From: Woeseiaceae bacterium
GTDB lineage: Bacteria; Pseudomonadota; Gammaproteobacteria; Steroidobacterales; Woeseiaceae
DNA length: 64,000 nucleotides
Direction of reading: 5' to 3'
Assembly (NCBI GenBank): GCA_028822065.1
Contig: JAPKEL010000002.1
Location: 21,741-85,740 of the forward strand
The translations under genes were made by a program, and so were the position numbers. This document shows, in pieces, positions 38,003-47,194 of this stretch (position 1 is the first letter of the stretch; each line of letters opens with the position of its first letter). The notes beneath the pieces were generated by a model that was not told where the DNA came from, ran no database searches, and saw only the letters and a list, made by a program, of their open reading frames with translations.

Positions 38003-40690
38003 ATGGATAACGATAAGCTTGTTCTGGTTGATGGATCTTCATATCTGTATCGCGCTTTTCATGCGTTACCACCTTTAACGAACTCTAAAGGACATCCAAC
38101 TGGAGCGATTTATGGCGTAATAAATATGATCAATAAATTATTACATGAACAAGTAACAGAATATTTTGTTGTAATCTTTGATGCGCCAGGAAAAACATTT
38201 AGAAATGATCTGTATTCTGATTACAAAGCCAACAGACCCTCAATGCCGGACGATCTTAGGCCACAAATAGAACCAATACATCGAATCATAAAAGCTATGG
38301 GACTTCCGCTTATAATGGTACAAAATGTTGAAGCTGATGATGTAATCGGAACTTTGAGCAAAGAAGCCGCGGCAAATAATATGCAGGTAATTATCTCCAC
38401 TGGTGACAAAGATATGGCTCAGCTAGTTGATCAAAATATTACTCTAATCAATACCATGAATGATCAGAAACTAGATCGAAATGGAGTGAAACTAAAATTT
38501 GATGTCTATCCAGAGCAAATTATCGATTACCTCACACTTATGGGAGATAAAGCTGACAATATCCCAGGTATACCAAATGTTGGCGCAAAAACTGCCAGTA
38601 AATGGCTGAATAAATACGATACATTAGAAAATATTATTGATAAATCCAATGAAATAAGCGGGAAAATTGGTGAAAAACTACGAAACAATATAAACCAACT
38701 TCCTTTATCAAAAAAATTAGTAACGATTGACCAAAATCTAAATCTTGGGTTAAAGCCAAGTAATCTAAAAATCACAACAAAAGATATAGAAAGACTAAAA
38801 TCCATTTATAAAGAACTGGAACTCAAAACATTCTACTCACAGCTTAGTGAGACTCCAAAAAAAACAACATCAAAGCAAAATAAGACCAATTACAAAAGTA
38901 TTTTAAATGAGAGCGATTTAATGGAATGGGTGGATCGTTGCAGTCAAACAAAATTATTCGCTATTGATACAGAAACTAACAGTTTAAATTATATTGAAGC
39001 TGATCTAGTAGGAATATCTCTTTCAGTGAATGAAAATGAGGCTGTTTACATCCCCTTAGCTCATGATTACCCAGATGCTCCAATACAACTAAAAATAAAA
39101 GAAACACTAAGCATACTCAAACCTCTTTTAGAGGATGAAGAAATAAAAAAAATTGGTCATCATTTAAAATTTGATGCTCATATATTTGCTCGTTATGGAA
39201 TTATCCTAAAGGGGATGGAATTTGATTCTATGCTTGAATCATACATTTTAAATAGTGTAGCTACACGTCATGGCATGAATTCAGTAGCGGAATATTATTT
39301 ACATAGAAAGACAACACTCTTTGAGGATGTGGCAGGTAAAGGGGCCAAACAAATAACATTCAACCAAATAAACATAGAAACTGCGACATCTTATGCTGCT
39401 GAAGATGCTGATGTAACACTTTGTTTGCATAATCATCTCTGGGGAGAAATTAATAAGAATCCTTCGCTTAAAAATCTCTACGAAAAAATTGAGAAACCTC
39501 TGATCCCAATCCTTTTCGAAATAGAAGAAAACGGTGTATTGATTAATAAAATAATGCTTAAAAAACAGAGTGATGAGCTGTTAAAATCACTGAATAATCT
39601 TGAAGATCATGCCCATAAAATGGCTAATATGGAATTTAACTTAAGCTCGCCAAAACAACTCCAAGAAGTCCTTTATAAGAAGTTGAAAATACCTATAATT
39701 AAAAAAACACCAAAAGGGCAACCCTCAACAGCAGAAGATGTCCTTCAAGAGCTATCCGTAAATCACGAATTACCAAAACTTATCTTAGAGCATAGAAGCT
39801 TAAACAAACTTAGAAATACCTATACTGAGAAATTACCTCAACAAATATCAAATGAGACTGGCAGGATTCATACTTCTTATCATCAAGCAGTTACAGCTAC
39901 CGGTCGATTATCATCCAGTGCACCAAATCTTCAAAATATACCAATAAGGACTTCTGAGGGAAGACGTATCAGAGAAGCTTTTATTGCTCCAAAAAATTAC
40001 AGTATTTTAGCCGCCGATTATTCTCAAATTGAACTTAGAATCATGGCTCATCTATCTTCAGATGAATCACTTTTATTGGCATTCTCAGCAGGTGAGGATA
40101 TTCATAGAAAAACTGCAGCAGAGGTTTTAGGTATAGCTGCCGAAAAAGTATCTCAGGAGCAAAGACGATGGGCTAAAGCTATTAATTTTGGGTTAATGTA
40201 TGGCATGTCTGCATTTGGCTTAGCTAAGCAATTAGGGATCGGTCGTCATCAAGCTCAAGAATATATCGATCTTTACTTTGAAAAATATCCAAAAGTTCAA
40301 TCCTTCATGGATGCGACAAAAGAGCGTGCAAGAGAACAGGGGTATATTGAAACATTATATGGACGAAGGTTGTACTTGCCTGATATCAATAGTAAGAATG
40401 GTCTCCGAAGAAAGTATGCAGAACGAAGTGCAATCAACGCTCCCATGCAAGGCTCCGCAGCAGACATAATAAAACTTGCCATGATTGATGTGGATAGATG
40501 GCTTAAAGATGAAAAAATTGCAGCAAAAATAATCATGCAAGTTCATGATGAATTAGTATTAGAAGTGAAATCAGAATTAGCCTCAGAAGTTAGACAAGAG
40601 ATTACTAGGATTATGGAATCAACAGTTAGCTTAAAAGTGCCATTAATAGTTGATACTGGAATAGGGAATAATTGGGATGAGGCCCATTAA
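38003..40690 (+). CDS. polA: DNA polymerase I
   Basis: 895 aa. 5'-nuclease N-terminus (LVLVDGSSYLYRAFHA), 3'-5' exonuclease (FAIDTETNSL), and polymerase motifs A DYSQIELRIMAH, B RRWAKAINFGLMYG and C QVHDELV. Confidence 0.97.
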   Translation: MDNDKLVLVDGSSYLYRAFHALPPLTNSKGHPTGAIYGVINMINKLLHEQVTEYFVVIFDAPGKTFRNDLYSDYKANRPSMPDDLRPQIEPIHRIIKAMGLPLIMVQNVEADDVIGTLSKEAAANNMQVIISTGDKDMAQLVDQNITLINTMNDQKLDRNGVKLKFDVYPEQIIDYLTLMGDKADNIPGIPNVGAKTASKWLNKYDTLENIIDKSNEISGKIGEKLRNNINQLPLSKKLVTIDQNLNLGLKPSNLKITTKDIERLKSIYKELELKTFYSQLSETPKKTTSKQNKTNYKSILNESDLMEWVDRCSQTKLFAIDTETNSLNYIEADLVGISLSVNENEAVYIPLAHDYPDAPIQLKIKETLSILKPLLEDEEIKKIGHHLKFDAHIFARYGIILKGMEFDSMLESYILNSVATRHGMNSVAEYYLHRKTTLFEDVAGKGAKQITFNQINIETATSYAAEDADVTLCLHNHLWGEINKNPSLKNLYEKIEKPLIPILFEIEENGVLINKIMLKKQSDELLKSLNNLEDHAHKMANMEFNLSSPKQLQEVLYKKLKIPIIKKTPKGQPSTAEDVLQELSVNHELPKLILEHRSLNKLRNTYTEKLPQQISNETGRIHTSYHQAVTATGRLSSSAPNLQNIPIRTSEGRRIREAFIAPKNYSILAADYSQIELRIMAHLSSDESLLLAFSAGEDIHRKTAAEVLGIAAEKVSQEQRRWAKAINFGLMYGMSAFGLAKQLGIGRHQAQEYIDLYFEKYPKVQSFMDATKERAREQGYIETLYGRRLYLPDINSKNGLRRKYAERSAINAPMQGSAADIIKLAMIDVDRWLKDEKIAAKIIMQVHDELVLEVKSELASEVRQEITRIMESTVSLKVPLIVDTGIGNNWDEAH

Positions 40691-41289
40691 TTATCTTCTG
40701 GCCTTTTAATGTTCAAAAAATCTTCCAATACGCTTCGTGCTTGATCAAGACCTTGTCTTTTTAATGAAGAAAAAAGCTGAGCAGTCACCGATTTCTCCAG
40801 CTCCAATTCAATATTTTTTAATGTCTCATTTGCTATCCGTCTTTTAACTTTATCCGCTTTAGTCAATAGTATATGAATAGGTGTACTTTGTAGTTTTGCG
40901 AAAAATAACATATTACGATCATATTCAGATAGACCTCTTCGAATATCCACAATCATGAAAATTCCTCGCAAACTCTGACGATTCTCGCAATAATGCGAAA
41001 GCAATCTACCCCAGTGGTCTCTAGTTGCCGCATTAACGCGCGCAAAACCATAGCCAGGCAAATCCACTATGCGAGTCTCTTCAGTTAAATTAAAAAAATT
41101 TATGAGTTGCGTTCGGCCTGGTATTTTACTGGTTCTGGCAAATTGTCGTATATTCACAATCACATTAATTGCGCTGGATTTACCAGAATTTGAACGCCCA
41201 GAAAATGCAACTTCTGCGCCTAAATCACCTACAAATTGCTTAGGATCATTTGCACTTAGAATAAACTTGGCTTTTGGATATTGTGACAT
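40687..41289 (-). CDS. engB: Ribosome biogenesis GTPase YihA/EngB
   Basis: 200 aa. G1 GRSNSGKSS, G3 DLPGYG and G4 TKADK. Its stop overlaps the polA stop (convergent, 4 nt). Confidence 0.92.
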   Translation of the reverse strand: MSQYPKAKFILSANDPKQFVGDLGAEVAFSGRSNSGKSSAINVIVNIRQFARTSKIPGRTQLINFFNLTEETRIVDLPGYGFARVNAATRDHWGRLLSHYCENRQSLRGIFMIVDIRRGLSEYDRNMLFFAKLQSTPIHILLTKADKVKRRIANETLKNIELELEKSVTAQLFSSLKRQGLDQARSVLEDFLNIKRPEDN

Positions 41290-41437
41290 GGCTGTATAAT
41301 GAATAAGTATTTAAATTATAGATCGCATCATAAAGTAAAATTAACCTAATGGTAACGATACTTTAAGTTACAATATCTAAAATCAAAAGCTATAAATATA
41401 AAGCTATAATTCTTAAAACATAACTAATCGAAAAGTA

Positions 41438-42067
41438 ATGGCCACTAATATGAAACTGAATTTTGTTTTATTTACTCTTTTATTTGTTCTGAATGCTGCT
41501 ACTGCTCAGTCACTCGTTGATGGATCCATTGAAAATGGTAAAGCTATTTCAATTACTTGTGGTGCCTGCCATGGCGCAGATGGAAACAGCATTAATCCAT
41601 TATGGCCCAATCTTGCCAGCCAACATGCATCATATTCAGTTGAACAACTTACAGCATATAGGGATGGTAAGCGCATGGATAGCCTCATGGTAGCAATGTC
41701 TCTCGCGTTAAGTGACCAAGATATTAAAGATCTTTCTGTATATTTTGAAAGCCTCCCTTCATCAGAAAAAGTAATCGCCGATCCATCTAGTTTCGAACTG
41801 GGACAGAAATTATACCGTGGTGGTAATTCCAAAAGTGGAGTTGCCGCATGTATGGCATGTCATGGCCCCGCAGGAAAAGGTAATCCTGCTGCTTTATACC
41901 CATCACTCAATGGGCAAGGTGCTATGTATACTGTAAAACAATTAAATGACTACGCAAGTGGTGCAAGAGTATCAATGAGCCCTGTGCAAATCATGCGAGA
42001 TATTTCAAAAAAACTAACGGAAGAAGAAATTCAAGCAGTTGCTTCATACATTCAAGGCTTGCATTAA
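41438..42067 (+). CDS. Dihaem cytochrome c4
   Basis: 209 aa. Signal peptide. Two CxxCH haem sites (CGACH, CMACH), each followed by a Met-ligand region. The start could instead be the ATG at 41450. Confidence 0.9.
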   Translation: MATNMKLNFVLFTLLFVLNAATAQSLVDGSIENGKAISITCGACHGADGNSINPLWPNLASQHASYSVEQLTAYRDGKRMDSLMVAMSLALSDQDIKDLSVYFESLPSSEKVIADPSSFELGQKLYRGGNSKSGVAACMACHGPAGKGNPAALYPSLNGQGAMYTVKQLNDYASGARVSMSPVQIMRDISKKLTEEEIQAVASYIQGLH

Positions 42068-42129
42068 ATGAAAATCTTCTGAAGAATAGAAAATCATTAA
42101 TATAATTAAAATACTATTGAGAGGCTTTT

Positions 42130-42957
42130 ATGTTAATTAAGTTATTATTCAATTTAATCGTTGTAATGGCATTAACCAGTTGCAGCTCAAATGAGGCGCC
42201 GTCCACTCAGACCACCCCAAATACTGGACAAACCTCTATTCAATTTGAGAAAAAAAATGAAGTTGTTTCTCAAATTGAATCTGTTTTAATTGAAGAATCT
42301 GACGCCGAAGAGTCAATTAGTGATGATTCTCAGCCAATAATTCTCGCGCAAGCAAATATCAATCAGAATAATAACTGGGAATATAATGAATCTCAGCATT
42401 TTATGCGCTTAATTCCAACCCAGCCTACTATTGGTGGTCCAGGAAAAATCGAAGTAGCAGAATTTTTCTATTATGGGTGCATCCATTGCATGACATTTGA
42501 ACCTATTGTAAATACATGGAAGAAAGATATTCCTGATAATGTTCGTTTTGTTCGAGTGCCTGCTTTATGGAACCCTCTATTAAAACTACACGGACGCATG
42601 TATTACACAAAAGAAGTATTAACAAAGAATGGAAAACTTAAAGATCCAGATGGATTTCGAGCTCGTATATTTAAAGAATGGCATAATAAAAAAAATTACA
42701 TGTCATCAGAAACAGCGATACAAAAAATATTTAGCGACTTTGGTGTAAGTGAAGACGATTTTAAGAAAACATTTGCCTCGTTTGAGGTAGCTCAGAAATT
42801 ACGATTGGCTGATGATCTAGCAAGACGATATAGCATCTCAAGCACGCCAAGCATGGTTGTGAATGGTAAATATCGAACTGGTGCAGGAGAAGCTGGTAGT
42901 TACCCCTCATTAATCAAAGTAATTGATGAATTAATCGCTCGTGAAACAATCAGGTAA
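42130..42957 (+). CDS. dsbA: DsbA-family thiol:disulfide oxidoreductase, lipoprotein form with a long N-terminal linker
   Basis: 275 aa. Lipobox ALTSC. A roughly 75-aa low-complexity, acidic linker. Thioredoxin-fold active site FFYYGCIHCMTF (CxxC) and a cis-Pro region STPSMVVNG. Confidence 0.85.
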   Translation: MLIKLLFNLIVVMALTSCSSNEAPSTQTTPNTGQTSIQFEKKNEVVSQIESVLIEESDAEESISDDSQPIILAQANINQNNNWEYNESQHFMRLIPTQPTIGGPGKIEVAEFFYYGCIHCMTFEPIVNTWKKDIPDNVRFVRVPALWNPLLKLHGRMYYTKEVLTKNGKLKDPDGFRARIFKEWHNKKNYMSSETAIQKIFSDFGVSEDDFKKTFASFEVAQKLRLADDLARRYSISSTPSMVVNGKYRTGAGEAGSYPSLIKVIDELIARETIR

Positions 42958-42968
42958 TAAACCTTTAT

Positions 42969-43871
42969 TTAAATTATATCGGTGGTTATAATTTTCCACC
43001 CATCCTTTTGCTTGCGCCAATAAAGACGTCTCATTTTAATTTCAATAATATCGTTATATTTTATTTTCTGAGTGAAACGAGATAAAACTACATCCTCACG
43101 CGAAGGTTCTCCTATAATCATTAAATCTTCAATAATCATAGATTTATTTATTATTGATAAGTTATTAATGATGGAGTGCTCAGTCATTGGAATTACTGAG
43201 GGGTTCGGCTCATAAAAAGATAAAAACCTTTCCAGTTTTGATTCTTCAAAACTCCTCTTCCAGGCATCAAGAACTCCATGAATCTCATCACGGATTAGAG
43301 TAATTTCAGCAAGTGATTTCCAGTGTATTTTTTTAGTAATAATCACTGGAGTCACCATTAGAGCCAACGTACTTGATAACTGAATTATTTCCTTATTTGG
43401 TAACGCCAGACAACCATCAGTATCAAAGGGGGGACGTTTAAAAATATTTGGATTTGTCCCATGCAGCCAAATTCCATAACCCGTCTTATCATTATAACGA
43501 TCCCAAGCATTAGGATAATCCAATGGATAAGCGGCCGCACCATATTTCAATGGTAATTTAGACGCATCCAGTTTTTTTGTAATAAAATAAGTACCAATAG
43601 GAGTCTTTTTATCTCCTTGCTTCTGTTTTCCAGAACCCTTCAGTCCAATTGACATATAGGATTCATCACTTTTGATTAATTTTCTTTTGGCAACGGAATA
43701 ATGGATTAAAGTGGCATTTTCTGTATCAGCGATTAATACGCTCTCTATTGAATCAGGAATCTCAATAAGATACGCAGGAACAAGATCTTCTGCTTGTATA
43801 TTCGACAAAAAACCACTCTTCGTACACGCAAGTAAAACTATAAAAAGTAAATTTCTTAAAGAGCTTTGCAT
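42969..43871 (-). CDS. L,D-transpeptidase (YkuD) domain lipoprotein with a C-terminal NTF2-like extension
   Basis: 300 aa. Signal peptide and lipobox LLAC. YkuD catalytic region WLHGTNPNIFKRPPFDTDGCLALPN. The C-terminal ~120 aa end in RLYWRKQKDGWKIITTDII (NTF2/SnoaL-like, low certainty). There is a 1-nt TAATG overlap with the upstream gene. Confidence 0.78.
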   Translation of the reverse strand: MQSSLRNLLFIVLLACTKSGFLSNIQAEDLVPAYLIEIPDSIESVLIADTENATLIHYSVAKRKLIKSDESYMSIGLKGSGKQKQGDKKTPIGTYFITKKLDASKLPLKYGAAAYPLDYPNAWDRYNDKTGYGIWLHGTNPNIFKRPPFDTDGCLALPNKEIIQLSSTLALMVTPVIITKKIHWKSLAEITLIRDEIHGVLDAWKRSFEESKLERFLSFYEPNPSVIPMTEHSIINNLSIINKSMIIEDLMIIGEPSREDVVLSRFTQKIKYNDIIEIKMRRLYWRKQKDGWKIITTDII

Positions 43872-45958
43872 TAATTATCTTTTTTTCCACCAATCGCAAA
43901 TGCGTCTACAGCAATACATCCCAATTCATTAATGATCAAAGGATTGATATCCAATTCACTAATAACATCTCTTAACTCAAAAACCATATTTGAGAATTTC
44001 GCGGCAATAGAGCAAAAAGAATCTATATCATAAGATTTGGTCTCTCGATAACCCATTAAGCTTTCCTTTAATTTCAATTTATTTAGCAATTCTAACGCAT
44101 ATCTTTTACTAAATGGCGGCACCGCAAACACAATATCCCTCATTAGCTCTGAGTATATACCGCCCATACCGAGAACTACAATTGGGCCAAATTGAGAGTC
44201 ACATCGAACTCCTAATATCATTTCTTGCCCCGGTACCAGCATTTTAGCGATTAAAACATCGCCCCCAAGTTTTTTACCCATCTCTCTGTAAGCAGAAATT
44301 AACTCATCACCTGATTGAATATCCAAAATAACTCCATTGTTGTCGGATTTGTGATGTAACCCGGGCATTGCCGTTTTAAGAACCACAGGATAACCAATTT
44401 CAGACGCAGCATTCAGCAAATCATCCTCTGATGATACAACTTGATGTGAAACTACTGGAATGTCGAAATCTGCTATCAGATTCAGTGATTCATTTTCTGT
44501 CATCGCGCCCTTATTTTTAAGTATTAAACGCCAATGATTTACTAACTCAGAATCAATATCACTCTTTATAAAGATATCTCGCTTAACAGAATCTCTATAA
44601 GAAAATAATTTCTTTACCCCAATTAAGGTGGTAGTCACGCCATCTAAAACTGGATATCCTTCGTATGTTGCTTTAATTACATTATCATCCGTCCCTGTTC
44701 CTTGACGAGATGACACTAAAATAATGGGTTTATCATGCTTCGACTTAGCATTTTTCATATACTTAATATAATCCGAATAAATCATACCTTTTGGAGCTCG
44801 ATCTAATATTAACGCTCCTATAGAAGCATTAGGATCGCCCAGCATTATAGCGGCACATTTTGAATATTGACTGCCCGCATTAGGTCCACCTCGACTCCAA
44901 ACATCGAGTGGATTGATAGCGGGTAATTCAGGGTCCAGTATCTCTTTCAATTCCTGCACAGTATTTTTATCTAACACCGTTAAAGGAACTTCTGTTTCGT
45001 CTGCCAGATCAACCAGAAGCTGTCTCTCACCACCAGAATCATGCAATGTCACTAGCCCACCCGCGCCAATCAAACCAAATTCAGCGAATAATATAAGTGA
45101 AGTAGCCAATTCATCCATATCTCGAACACGTTGCACGCCATATTTATCAAATATGGCATCATAAGTATCATCATCCCCAGCCATAGCACCTGAATGCGAG
45201 AGTGTAAGCAGGGCAGATTCTTCTGTACGACCAACCTTTAAAGCTACTATTGGTATTTGTTTTGTTTTTGCCTTCTCAAGTGCCGCTACAAAACCTTCTG
45301 GGTTTCTAGCCGTCTCTATGAATAAACCTACAACTTTTGTTTCAGGTAAATCCAAAACAAAATCCAAGTACTGATCCATGGTTATCGATAATTCATTACC
45401 TGTAGAAACAGCAAAATTAAACCGTAATCTTGCTTCACAATCTAATATCCCAGACATACCAGCTCCAGAATGGCTAATTAAACTGACATTTCCAGGTGGA
45501 TTATGCGAGCTGCTATCAAAACCACATGCCCAAACATGATCTCGGATATTATAAAAACCCATACCATTAGCCCCACAGACTAAAATACCAGATTGTTGTA
45601 TTTTATCTTGTAGACGTGCTTTTAGAGGTGGATCGCTATCATCATCTATTATCAAAGATGAAAAAATAACCGCAGCTGGTATTTTCAGAGCAATAACTTC
45701 ATCCAGAACTGTCTCGACACTTTGGTCCCCAATAGCAAATATAGCAAGATCAGGTATCTCTGGTAAATTCAGAAGATTTTGATAGCAAGGCAGTCCTTGG
45801 ACTTTCTTGTAGGATGGATTAACCGGATAAATAGTTCCCTTGTAATCACCTTTGATGAGATTAAGCAACGCCCATTCACCAACCGAATCAGGTCGCTCTG
45901 AAGCTCCGATCAAGACTATAGATTTTGGTCTTAAAAGAGGGTCCAGATTATGTTGCAA
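43871..45958 (-). CDS. ADP-forming (NDP-forming) acyl-CoA synthetase, fused alpha/beta type
   Basis: 695 aa with a TTG start. CoA-binding N-terminus (PKSIVLIGASERPDSVG...VNP), a succinyl-CoA-synthetase-like ligase domain and a C-terminal ATP-grasp (GYPVVLKT...HKSDNNGV). Confidence 0.85.
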   Translation of the reverse strand: MQHNLDPLLRPKSIVLIGASERPDSVGEWALLNLIKGDYKGTIYPVNPSYKKVQGLPCYQNLLNLPEIPDLAIFAIGDQSVETVLDEVIALKIPAAVIFSSLIIDDDSDPPLKARLQDKIQQSGILVCGANGMGFYNIRDHVWACGFDSSSHNPPGNVSLISHSGAGMSGILDCEARLRFNFAVSTGNELSITMDQYLDFVLDLPETKVVGLFIETARNPEGFVAALEKAKTKQIPIVALKVGRTEESALLTLSHSGAMAGDDDTYDAIFDKYGVQRVRDMDELATSLILFAEFGLIGAGGLVTLHDSGGERQLLVDLADETEVPLTVLDKNTVQELKEILDPELPAINPLDVWSRGGPNAGSQYSKCAAIMLGDPNASIGALILDRAPKGMIYSDYIKYMKNAKSKHDKPIILVSSRQGTGTDDNVIKATYEGYPVLDGVTTTLIGVKKLFSYRDSVKRDIFIKSDIDSELVNHWRLILKNKGAMTENESLNLIADFDIPVVSHQVVSSEDDLLNAASEIGYPVVLKTAMPGLHHKSDNNGVILDIQSGDELISAYREMGKKLGGDVLIAKMLVPGQEMILGVRCDSQFGPIVVLGMGGIYSELMRDIVFAVPPFSKRYALELLNKLKLKESLMGYRETKSYDIDSFCSIAAKFSNMVFELRDVISELDINPLIINELGCIAVDAFAIGGKKDN

Positions 45959-45997
45959 TTTAGTGGGTTACCTGAAGAACGTATTATTTAAAAGGAT

Positions 45998-47194
45998 TTA
46001 AAATGGTGCCGGAGGAGTAGCGCCTCGTCTTGGTGGAAACCAAAAAGGTTTATCAACTACAGTTGCTTTTGCCATCACACGATTCCAATGCATTTCTCGT
46101 TGATAATAAACCTCAACCCAAACATTATCACCCGGTTTTCCATAAGGTGTACGTACTGTCCCAAGGGCAATATTTTGTTTACAGATAGGTGACCACGTTG
46201 CCGATGTAATAAAACCAATTTCTTCTGAATTATTTTTTTCTTGAGAGTAAATAAATGAATGGTCCGCAGTTTTATTACCTTCAATATCTAATTTAACTAA
46301 ACGCCAGTTTGAGCCTTCAGCTTTTTCCTTTAAGAGTGCTCTACGTCCATTAAAATTATCTTTATTAAAATCTACTAGCCATTCCATTCCAATTTCAAGC
46401 GGTGATCGAGTTCTGCCTGTTCTTACTGTGGTCTCTGCAGGCAAAAAATCTTCGAATGGTGCAAGATAGCCAGCCTCTTTTCGAGCAAGGTCTAATGCGT
46501 GCGTGCCAATAGCTTTAATACCATGTAATTTTCCTGCTTCAAACAAGGCATCCCAGAGATCTATAGCCTTATCTGGATCAATCCATAATTCATAACCAAG
46601 ATCACCGGTAAAACCTGTTCTGGATATCATCAGCTCCGTGTCAAAAATTTGATGGTGCATTAAGCCAAATGGTTTTAAGGCATCAAGACCATCTATCGCC
46701 ATATTCTTTAGCACGCTATAAGATGTTGGACCCTGCACTGCAAGTGCTGCTATTTCAACAGTTTCCTCTTTTATGGAAACATCAAATCCAATCGCAGCTG
46801 TTGTTAGCCATGCAAAGTGTCTTTCTTGTGAGCACAATCTATATTCGCCCTCACGCAAATGAAATATTGTGCCATCATCTATCACTTGCCCTTGATCATC
46901 ACACCAAATTGCATAAGCAACTCGTCCAGGCTTAATTTTTCTCATATCACGAGTAACGAGTCGATTAAGATAATCAAGCGCATCTGGTCCTGTGATACGG
47001 TATTTTGTCATGGGTGTTATATCGAATACACCCGTGGAATTTCTAATTGCAAAGTATTCCATATCTTCACAATAAAGAGCTTCGGGGCTGGAATAACCAG
47101 CCCAATTATGCCAAGTATTCAAGCAATCGAGTTCAGCTAAACGAGGATAAAAAGGAGTGCGTAATCTACCTGTATTTATTTTTACTGGAGTCAT
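45998..47194 (-). CDS. Aminomethyltransferase (GcvT) family folate-binding protein; substrate unknown
   Basis: 398 aa. RTPFYPR, EYFAIRNSTGVFDITPMTKYRITGPDA, AVQGP and ISRTGFTGDLGYELW are GcvT-fold patterns. There is a 1-nt overlap with the upstream gene. Confidence 0.82.
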   Translation of the reverse strand: MTPVKINTGRLRTPFYPRLAELDCLNTWHNWAGYSSPEALYCEDMEYFAIRNSTGVFDITPMTKYRITGPDALDYLNRLVTRDMRKIKPGRVAYAIWCDDQGQVIDDGTIFHLREGEYRLCSQERHFAWLTTAAIGFDVSIKEETVEIAALAVQGPTSYSVLKNMAIDGLDALKPFGLMHHQIFDTELMISRTGFTGDLGYELWIDPDKAIDLWDALFEAGKLHGIKAIGTHALDLARKEAGYLAPFEDFLPAETTVRTGRTRSPLEIGMEWLVDFNKDNFNGRRALLKEKAEGSNWRLVKLDIEGNKTADHSFIYSQEKNNSEEIGFITSATWSPICKQNIALGTVRTPYGKPGDNVWVEVYYQREMHWNRVMAKATVVDKPFWFPPRRGATPPAPF

